A stretch of DNA of 64,000 nt, from positions 56,112,001 to 56,176,000 of the forward strand of contig NC_045696.1 in the NCBI RefSeq assembly GCF_009834535.1, read 5' to 3'. This DNA comes from Camelus ferus. Its lineage: Eukaryota. The position numbers were made by a program, and so were the translations under genes. How positions within the stretch are numbered: the first letter of the stretch is position 1; each line of letters opens with the position of its first letter. This document shows, piece after piece, positions 53,408 through 64,000 of this stretch. The notes under the pieces are model-generated. The model saw only the letters and a program-made list of their open reading frames with translations, did no database searches and was not told where the DNA came from.

Positions 53408-55215
53408 GGCAATAGGAACTATCAAAGCTGAAGCATGGAGGTAAACAAAAAGGCTAGAAAAACATATGTACATATGATTGGAGTCTGAAAAGGAGATTTC
53501 GGGAACAGACACAGAAAAACTATTTGAAGAAATAGCAGCAGACATTTTTTCAAATTTGCTGAAAATTCAATAAAAATCTCAATGATGCCTTAGCAGTATA
53601 AATGTAAAAATAACACACCAAGTCACAATCAACTAACATAAGCCACTGATAAAGAGAAAATCTTTCCCAAAACAAAGAGACACATTTTACAGAGTTAACA
53701 AGAAGAATGACAGCTGACATCAGAAACAATGCAAGCCAGAAGAAAAGAGAACCTGTCTAAAGAATGAAAGAAAAAAGATGCTAAAAACCAAGAAATTCTA
53801 TACCCAGTGAAAATATCCTTCAACAGACATTATTAGGCAAACAAAGCTAAGAGAATCTGTCACCAACAGTTTCACTACAAGAAAATACTTCAGGATGAAA
53901 GAAAAGTATTCCAAATGGACGTTCTTATCTATACAAAAACAAAGGTCACCAAAAATGGTAAATATACAGCCATATGCATGACATTTCCCCCTTGCTTTTA
54001 AGTTTCTTTAGAAGAAAATGAGTGTTTAAAGTAAAATAATAAAGTACTATAGAAGTAAAATGTATGATAACAAAAGGACAAAGGACAGAAAGGGGAAATG
54101 ATAATAATACTGTTTAAGGTTCTTACTTTATACGCTAAGTGGCATATTATTATCTGTAGACTGTGACTGAGTATGATGCCTATTTTCAATCTTAGAACAA
54201 TCTCTACAGAATGCAACATGGAGGTACGGCTTAAAAAGCCAATAGGGAAAATAAAAATACTCATTATAGCCATAGGGTAGCAGTAAAAGAGGGGGAAAAA
54301 GAATAGTAAGAGGAAAATGAATATGAACCTGGAATACTTAAATACAACCATATTGATAATTTCACTGAATGTACATGGACTAAACTCTCCAATTAAAAGA
54401 CAGAAATTATCAGACTCAGTAAAAAAAGAAGACCTATGTATATATTGTTTGCAAGAAATGAATTTTAAATATAAAGACACGTAGATTAAAAGGATGCAAA
54501 AAGATACACCATGTAAACATTAATCATAAAAAAGATGACGTGCCTACATTAATATCGGAAAATGTAGTTTTCAGGACAAGGAAATTAAACAGAAATAAAG
54601 AGTGTCATTTCCTAATGATAAAAGTAATTTTAAGACTAAACTTAAACATGTCTGCAAAACTACTTGTAAAAAACACAGAAGCTTTACTCACAGTAGCCAA
54701 AAATGAAAAAAAAATCAAATGTCTATCCATAGGTGAATGGATAAACAAACTGTGGTTTATTCACAGAATACAACTCAGTATAAAACAGAATAAATAAGTA
54801 ATACAAAAACAGGGATGAATCTCAAAAACATTCTGTTGAGCCCAAAAAGCCAGATACCAAAGAAATGTACTATATGATTCCATTTATATGAAACTCTAGA
54901 ATAGGAAAAACTAATCTGTAGCGACAGAAAGCAGACCAGAAGTAACCTGAACCAGAAGATGGGAGACTGCCTACAAAGGCATAGGAATAGGGTGATCAAA
55001 TGTCCCAGTCTATCTGGGACTATCCTGGCAAACCTCTCAGTCTGGGGCAAACTGGGACATTTGGCCACCCTGGGCTATACACAAGAACATTTTCATTGTG
55101 ATGGAAATGTTCTAAACCTTGACCAGGATGATGGTTATGCATGTTTGTCAAAATTCATTAAACTGTACACTTTGCTACAATAAAATTGCTAGATTTTATT
55201 ATATGTAAATTAAAT
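53030..55215 (+). mobile_element. Degenerate L1M (ORF1, ORF2 start and 3' end remnants)
   Basis: aatgtacatggactaaactctccaattaaaagacaga (endonuclease start), gaaattctatacccagtgaaaatatccttc (ORF1), and 3'UTR motifs. Confidence 0.8.
54988..55072. mobile_element. 85-bp MITE (MER96-like, hAT-Tip100) inside L1
   Basis: TIRs agggtgatcaaatgtcccagt / actgggacatttggccaccct. Confidence 0.7.
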
Positions 55216-56844
55216 CTCTACGATGCTAATATAAAAAGTAAACAGAACATTATGTAATTTGTCATGCCTTTACTACACTAACTACAACCACATGTTTATC
55301 CTTCTTTTGTTGCTATTTTAAGGCTTGCTCGCATTAAAAGTATCAGTCTGTCAAACCCTATAATCAGAATTACTTTATATACATATGTGGAGTCTTTTAA
55401 GAAAGCAAAAGTATGAGTTACGATGCAAAAGAACATAAGATGGCAAAGGTAAGACATAATCGAGAGGCATTAAAATTTTTTTTCAGCCTCCTAAATCATT
55501 CACTCATTCAAAACATTTATTGAGTTTCTATCCTCAAGGAGCTCTACAGCAGAGAAACTTTGTATATATATCAACTACAATCAGCCAAGATCAATACAAC
55601 AAAATAAGCATCAATGATGTGTGAAGTGGAAGTGCAACAATGCACTGGAGTAAGGAAAAGATTCAGGAAAGGATTCTGGAAGGAGAGACAGAGCTAATTT
55701 TACTTAAGGAATCTAGGAAGCAAATGAGTCAGGCAGCACATTCTATGCATTCTAGGTATGAAGTGGAAAATGGCATGATTTGGGTAACTACATTAATAGC
55801 AGAGTGCTAACAGAGAATAAGGACTGGACAAAGGATGAATGGCAACATTAGAGGATGCAAGTTAAACAAGCAATAGACTATGAAGAGCAAAGATTCTGAA
55901 TTCATCACCATCTGCAATCAATTCCACAAACATAAAACATCCTAATAAATCAACTATCCCATTTCTACTTCTGAGTATATTTTTAAGTTTTATACTAAGT
56001 TTTTATTAGATTCAGGGTGTATTTCTACCTGATTTATTTCAGTTGATTTATATTTGGAAACTCTGAAATCACATAAGCATTTATAGATTAAAAAGGTATA
56101 TTTGACAAGGACCTTATCACTTTAGACACAAAACAAGTCTTGAGTTCTCCTGAATTTTAAGAGATGGAAAGTAATTTTTACCAAAACTTTTAGACTGAGG
56201 ATATGCTTTAAAAAATAATTATTTTTAAGATTTTCTAGAAGCCGAGTTCCTCTGCTACTTAAAGGAAATGAAACTGAATGTAATGTTTATACACTTTTCT
56301 GTAAGTATAGTATCTCACACAATAAGAGGGGGGTGTTCAAAATTATCATGCCATTAGGAAGAGTAGTATTCTGTTATTTGTCATTAGAAAAAGATCTTTA
56401 CATTTATTGGGGGAAAAAAAAGCATATATTTCAGTCCACCATCCTGGAATATCATGGGATGTAGTGGTGGAAAGACTCAAAGAACCAGAGATTAGCCTGT
56501 CCCATCCCTTTGGGGACACTATTCATCCTTTATGATTAAATCAATTGTTTTATTTGTACCCAGTGCCATGATATTTGTCATAACATTTAAAAAAATTCTT
56601 TTAATTACAAAGTTAGCCAGACCCCAAAACCCCAATAAATATCAACTCAGGAATTATGATTTATGTCCCCAAAGATTTAGAGCCAAAAATCATCTGACAA
56701 AGGTGCTCAAATATAGCTTTCACACACTTGTATTTTAATATCTCAACGCCAGAGGTCGCCAAACTTCAACAAGAGCTGTATGTGTAGTCTTTGAAGCCAA
56801 TGTGAAGTAAAAGAAATCTTAACTAGAAATTTGTGAAAAAGATT

Positions 56845-56945
56845 ATGAAAATGAATATATATATGTTCCTATGTGACTGAAGTATTGTGCTATATACCAG
56901 AAAATGACACATTGTAAGCTGATTATACTTCAATATAAATAAATG
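56845..56945 (+). mobile_element. Short L1-like 3' end
   Basis: ccagaaaatgacacattgtaagctgattatacttcaata, a diverged relative of 35994-36050. Confidence 0.6.
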
Positions 56946-58379
56946 AATATATAAATACTTATACATAAATTTGTTATTCCTTTGCTTAAAATCCTGCAGT
57001 GGTTTTCAACTGCCTACAGGATAGTGTGTTCTGGCCACTGCCGACAGCTCCAGTCTTCCCTCTCTTGGTAAACTCATATGCTACTACTTCTAACCATTCA
57101 GAATCTTAGGCTCAAACCATAAAGCAACACAGAATAGATCTGATTTCTTTCACTAAGCATCTTTGTCCAAGTCAGTGTGTTATGTCCTCCATTCTTTTCC
57201 TTTTTCTAAGTGGTAAACCTTTCCATGTTTCAAAAGTCAGCTTAAGAGTTACCTCTTCTACGAAGCTTTTCCAGATAGCACTACTTCCAAACAGGATGAT
57301 TCTGCCTTTGTACTCTGCTCAGACTTCTGGGATCATAACTGCCTTACTCTACCACCCTCAGTTGTTCCCTTCCTCCCTTCAATGGGTCTCTGAACTCCTT
57401 GAGGCCAAGGCCCTCCCATGTTCTGGCCCAGCATTTAACACAAATGGTTCACTAAATCAACATGTAGTTAAAATGGCATGCACTCTGAAAGACTAAAGGG
57501 ATACACGGCCAGGCCTATATATAATAAATTCAATTAAAACTTTTTAAATAAATGGATAAAAATTGTATAATACAGAGGCAAGAGATTATATGTAGCACGG
57601 TTGAATAATTAAACATCTTTATTTCTTTTCTGCATAAAAGAACTGTTTATTCAAGTTGCGTAATTGTCAGGCTGACTGCTTATACCATAAACTTAACAAA
57701 TTTCTGTAAAAAATTAGAAAACAAGTCACTGAGCTATTCTATTTCAAAATATCAGTGCTCGACTGACATTAGAATCCTACTATACATTTTCACTTCCAGA
57801 GGACTGATATAAAATGTTATTCCCTCTGGTATTTCCCTACAAAATTCAAGTTCTCCTTTTTTAAATCCACAGATACAGGCAGCTAAAACACTTAACTCTC
57901 AACACATACAGATTTTATCTAATTTCTATCTACCCCTTTCCTATAATATAATAGTGAAATTTGGTATAAGACACCCCCCTTCTTGTGGTGTGTGTAATGT
58001 TTCCTTCTCAAGGTTTCCTTCTGATTTCCAAAAAGCAAGGAACCAAAAAATAAATAAATAAAAGCTATAGCAACAGCAGTACAAGTCTTAAAATCCCATA
58101 AGGAACATCAATGGAAAAAAGAGAAAGCTGTCATGTTATTTGAACGCAACTAAACAATCTGGCTAAACTATTTATTCAGCCTAGGAGGGTAAGCTAGTAC
58201 AGGAGGGTTCCCTTGTGGGTCCATGCTTTACTCCACTCACTCTTGTACCACGAGTCACTTAACTTGATCTCAGTTCTTCGCAAAACTACGGTCAGAGTTT
58301 ATTGCCTTTTTAAAAATACAGCAGAAAGAGCAACATTATTTTATCAAAAGTTCCATACGCAGATGTCGTCATTCTTATC

Positions 58380-60235
58380 TTTTATAAAAAATAACATCTT
58401 TGAGATATACATCATATATCATGAAATTTACTCCTACAAACACCTCAGTGATTTTTTATTAGTATATTCAGAGGACCATTACTGCTATCTAATTTTAGAA
58501 CATATTCATCATCCCAAAATGAAACTAAGTACCCATGAGCAGTCACTCCCATGTCCACTCCCCCTAATTTCTGACAAACACTAATCTACTTTGTATCTAC
58601 CAATCTGCTTATTCTGGACATTTCATATAATTGGAATCACATAACACGTGGCCCTTTGCGTCTGACATTTTATTTATCCACTCATTAGCTAATGGACATT
58701 TGAAATGTTTCTATTTTTAGGCTATAAATAACGCTGCTATGAACATCTGTGTACAAGTTTTTGTATGGATAAATGTCTTCAGTTCATTTCTATGAATGGA
58801 ATTGCTGGGTCATATGTCAACACTATGTATAATATTTTGAGGCTATGCCAAACCATTTTTTGTTTGCACCACTTTACAATTGCTCCAACAATGTATGAGA
58901 GTTTCAATTTCTCCACATCCTTACAAACACTAGTTATTGTCTGTCTGTATTTTAGTCATCCTAGTGAATGCAATACAGTATTCATTATGATATTGATTTG
59001 CATTTCTCTAATGACTACCAACATTGAGAATCCTTTCTATGTGTGTATGTGTGCTTACTGATCATTTGTACGTCTTTGGAGAAATGTCTAGTTAGATCCT
59101 TTGCCCACTTTTTTTTTACTGGGCTGTCTTTTTATTGTTGAGTTGTAAGAGTTACTTATTCTGGATACAAGTCTCATATATATGATTTGCAAAAATTTTC
59201 TCCCATTCTGTGTGCTGTCTTTTAACTTTCTGGACGGTGTCCTTTGAGACGCAATTTCAAAATTTTGATGGAGTTCAGTGTATCTGTTTTGTTTTTTTTT
59301 TGTCACCTGTGGTTTTTTTTGGTCTCATATCTAAGAAACCATTGTCTAATTGAAGGTCACAAAGATTTATACCTATGTTTCTAGGAGTTTTATAGTTTTG
59401 GTTATGTTTAGGTCTGATTCATTTTGAGTTAATTTTGTATATGGTGTGAGGTAGAGTCCAGCTTCATCCTTTTGCTTATGGATACCCAGTTACCCAAGTA
59501 TCATTTGTTAAAATAACTATTCTCTCCCCATTGAACTGTCTTGGAATCCTTGGCAAAGGTCAACTGACCATAAATGTAAAGGTTTATTTCTTGACTCTCA
59601 ATTCTACTCCATTGATCTATATGCCTACACTCATGTCAATACTATACTGTCTTTTCCTCACTTTTCCTGAGTTTTAATTGACAAATAAAATTTTAAGACA
59701 TAGAAAACATAAACAGTGGTGATTTTATATACATATATATCGTGAAAGGAGTCCCTCCATCTAGTTAATTAACACATCCATCACACCTCACGCTTTTCTT
59801 TTTTCTCTTCCTTCCTTCTTTTTTGGTGAGAATGTTTAAGTTAATAGTGTTATCAACTATAGTCATCATGTTTTACATTATCCTCAGATCTTATTCATCT
59901 TATAAAGTTTGTACTCTTTACCAATCTTTCCTCACTTCCCCCATCCTGCAAGTCCCTGGCAACCAATTTTCTACTCTCTGTTTCTATGACTTATTTCTTT
60001 CCTTTTTAGATTCTACATACAAGTGATACCATGCAGTAGTTGTCTCTCTGTCTGGTTTATCTCATTTAGCATAATGCCCTAAGATCCATCCATGTTGTCA
60101 CAAATGGCAGGATTTCCTTCTTTCTCATGGCTGAATAATATTCCATAGTATACACACTGTTGTGATAGCTGTAGATGTGTAATTAAGTTTCAAAAATGGG
60201 AAGTATGTCTTTATTCTTTGTTTTAAAGATTGTTT
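58380..60235 (-). mobile_element. Old L1M with a second L1 3' end nested at about 59670-60150
   Basis: ggaattgctgggtcatatg, ttttctcccattctgtg, and a second 3'UTR ending ctttctcatggctgaataatattcc. Confidence 0.85.
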
Positions 60236-62796
60236 TGACTCTCATTTTTGCTTCCTGAATAAAATTTTATTCTTGGCAATAAATCCTCTCCTTCTCCTCA
60301 AAAGGTGACTAATGTTTCGATTATGCAAAGCATTCAACATAAAGTGAAAAAGTCATTCTTGGTTAGTATATATGCACAGGAGTCAAAAGACCTTTTTTCT
60401 AGGTGGATCTCAGCCACAGTGGTATGCTCAAGGAAGGCGTATATAACAGAAAAGAGGCAGGCAGGGATTAGAATCTCTTGGGTTACAAAAACTCACTGTA
60501 TTCCCCAAACTTTAAAAAAATCACACCCTGCTTTGAGATATGTAAACATTCTATACACACACATCACCCAGCTCTTGCTTCATTTGAGAGTTACTAACAC
60601 TCTAGTTCTTTGTAGCATCATAAGCCAAGATTTTCTTCATGTTCTCCTTCTATTACATGTAACAATAAAAAATTGTTTTACAGATATGAAATAGCACTCA
60701 GGATGCTTTTAACAAAATAAATACCCCTCTACAAGGTTTCAGTGTTTCTTCATATTTTTCCCACTACTCTACTGTTAAGAATTATTGCTCTCAAAATTCC
60801 TATCTTTTGCTAAATAAGGAAGCAGATTCTTTAGTAAAAACCTGAAATTAGCATCTAGATTTTAAGTGCTGCTAACTTGACAGACTTCTGTCCCTATCCC
60901 ATCTCTCACCTGTCCCTTTACATATTTTGTGATTACTTCAAAGAAAAATAATTAAACTGGGATCCTGAAATTAATCAAATACACAAAAGATTTCAAAATG
61001 CAACCATGCAGAAGAATCTGCAATTGATAAATAAAATGCATCATATCCCCCAAAGAGTAATCCTGTGGATGGTCTTCTGACTCAGGTCCTAAAACATAAC
61101 TATCAGTACATCAGTTTTGAATGATGATGTCATGAAACCTTGTTTTACGTGAAAAGTTCTTTGCATAAACAAAATATATCCTGACAACTTAGTAAATCAC
61201 TATACTGCTTTTTTGGGGGAAAAGTAAAGATTTCAAATGGATACCATTATTCTTCAGTCAAAAGCTAAACTATGCTACACTGTCAGGAAACAAGACACTT
61301 TTCCATGCCTGAGCACAAATACCTATAAGTGTATACAGATTTAACCAAGTATGAGTAAGTTACTGTAGAGCCAGTAAAACTTCACAGTCGTAACTTAAAA
61401 CTGATGTTTCTTCCGGTCTATGGACAACATATTAATGTAAAGATGCAGCCGAGGAGTTTTACATGAAAATCATTATTTTAAAACTCATTTTAAAAACGTT
61501 GACATTATGTGTGTAATATTTATACTGCAGGCAGTTACTACAAATTGCAACCCTAGTTCCTTGCACTGGTATAGGGATATTTAACCTAGGGTTTCTGGAT
61601 GAGCTTCAGAAAACCCTAAGTTCTACCTGATGTTATATGCAAAACTCTGGCATGTATGCTTTTTTCTAGAGGAGAGTCCATTATTACAGACAGATTTTCA
61701 AAGAAGTCCACGATCCAAAAGCTACTAACAGTTGTTGCTCTAGTCAGTAATAAACATGGAAAAATTTAAATAATAATATAAGAACGAATTAAAATATTTT
61801 AATTATAGTTTTTATATATTACATATAATACATATTACAAGTAAAAATCTGTACCACAATGTGTAATAGGGTGTGCCTACATGTTCTGGGGATTGGAAAA
61901 AGGAGATACAGTAAGTTTAGTATGTTGTCCCTGCAGTCTGTTAACAACACAAGAGCTCTATAATATGACAGCACAAGAAATGTCACCAGGTAACATGTGA
62001 TTAAATTCCAAATGCACATTAGCAAAGATAGATCATGGATCCATCAAAAAACTTGGAAAAGTATTTTATATCTATTAAATCTTGATTTAATCAATGTCTT
62101 AGACCTCTGAGAGACTATATGATGGTGAAAATGTTAAGCCAGGATAGAGTGCTGAACAACCTATAATACGGAGATAACTGAAATCTAAAACGTTTGCTAA
62201 GCAAAGATGATGAAAATAAGACTTAGCTGTACTTGAAAGCAAAGAAAACCGCTATCACAACCTTGATTATTTTAGATGAAGCACAATTAAACCTAGTCCA
62301 AAGATACCACAGACTGATTTGGTATATTCATTACAATAAGATTTAGGGGCTGTTTCCTTTATTTTGTGGTCCCATTTTAAAAATACTAACTTAGTGTGTT
62401 GTAGACAGCAAGTTGACATTAGGTATCACACTGTTTTCCCCAGAGCTACAAAATTCCATGAACAGAGGACACTAACCTAGCAAAAGATCAATCAGACAGG
62501 AATTTCCTACCACCCAACCTCTCCCAGATACGGTACTGGTGGTAATCATCATCATCATTACCTTTTGAAGATTAAAATAAGGATTAAATGTAGTAATATA
62601 TGTCAAGTGCTTAGCCCAGTGCCTGGTGGAGAGGAAAGTCTCACTGAGTGGCAGCTTTTATGATTAGCAGTAGTTGACCAATACCTGAAAATGCAGACTT
62701 CTGAGGAGCCAAAGAGTCATCAAATTGGAAGATCAAGAAAACAATTATTTAGACAGACATCTGTAGTAGAATGCAGCTCTCTTCACTCTATGTACA

Positions 62797-62930
62797 TTTT
62801 TTTCTTCTATTTTAAATATTTGGGTGGGGTGCAGAATTAGGGTTTTTTTTTTTAATGGAGGTACTGGGCATGGAACCCAAGACCTCATGAATGCTAGGCA
62901 TGCACTCTACTACTCAGCTATACATACCCT
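62797..62930 (-). mobile_element. tRNA-derived SINE (camelid Vic-1-like), diverged
   Basis: ggaggtactgggcatggaacccaagacctcatgaatgctaggcatgcactctac; flanking repeat ctctatgta. Confidence 0.8.
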
Positions 62931-64000
62931 CTCTCTCTCTATGTAACTGTTTTTATTTGTTTACTAACAAAACATTCCAGCACAAAACAACTGAAAGCAT
63001 CTATTTTTTTCATAGTTTCTGGGATTGCAAAGAGATGATTGTTAAAAACTAAAAAGTGAAAATCCTCTTTCCCTCACTCCTTAGTCCCACCCTCCACTGC
63101 TAAATCTTTTTCTTTCTCAATCTTTTTTGATAGGCATCACAAGAAATGAAGTCCACTTACTTAGCTATGATAACATCATCAAAAGATTATTTAGATCTGT
63201 TTTCTACTTCCAAATTTCTAAAGTTTCTGCTAGAGGTAAGATTTTACTAGTTCTTCCTTGTGTTAGAGCTATCTAAACAAATATTTAAATCAAGTAACTA
63301 CTGCGAAGAGAAAATTAATAGTTTAGTAAAGTTGTTTTAAAGGAGAAATTATGTAATTTTAATTGCCTTATAACAACTTCATTATTGCAAATAAATAAAA
63401 GTTCCTGCTTAGAAAGTTATAAAATAATGAGGCAAGTCTACCACATATAAAGTCTGCTGTATGATTGTTCATTTTTTGCATAAACTCAAATTCAGATAAG
63501 AGTATCTATTTACTGGAGGTCAGCCACCTCCAGATACTCCAGAGGAATCCCCCTGAGGTTTTCAAGAGAGAAAACGGAAAGACTGCAGAAAAGAAGAGAT
63601 TAACATAGATTCCCTAGTTACCAAAAAGACTAAAAGATCATGACTAGTATCTCAAAAAAAAAAACCTGACACCTGAATTGGGTAACTCTGAGACCACCTT
63701 TCAAAGAAAACTCAAACCTACTTCTTGAAGTCCTAATTAGCAAGAGTGACAACATTTGTTCAAAATATGCAATGTCTTAGTAAGGTACAACTTAGAAAGC
63801 TAACCTAGACAACTCTTTTTCTGACATACAACTTAGATCAGGAAAACAAACAGTTATCAGAATGAGAATTAGTTATGAGTTTTTATTTCAATGAAACATC
63901 AAATATATTAAACATTTAAAGAACAGATATACAGACAGGATCAACAAGATTTAGAGCTATATTAAACACACACAAAAGTCCTACAATGTTTATTAACCTT

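Noticed and set aside
53998..54480. Longest ORF (160 aa, minus)
   Set aside because: Antisense to a degenerate A-rich L1; low-complexity F/I/L composition
46812..64000. Search for GSK3B exon 7
   Set aside because: No matching coding sequence recognised; the intron appears to extend past the window

Overview
Mammalian genomic DNA, probably from a camelid given the tRNA-derived SINE family present (inference). The window holds the 3' part of GSK3B on the minus strand: coding exons 8 (46716-46811), the 39-nt alternative exon 8b (37957-37995, GSK3beta2 insert DSSGTGHFTSGVR), 9 (34990-35176), 10 (21861-21959) and 11 (6833-6900, stop). A 3'UTR of about 5.4 kb runs down to about 1380. The introns are filled with L1, MaLR LTR, hAT MITE, MIR and lineage-specific SINE insertions, and exon 7 lies beyond the right edge. 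The standout observation is an inverted copy of the whole exon 8b with both splice sites (about 38598-38720), roughly 600 nt upstream in intron 8. It could fold the pre-mRNA into a long hairpin that masks the micro-exon, and it sits beside a CpG-retaining array of 14-bp palindromes. The supplied ORFs are noise, antisense shadows or L1 remnants.
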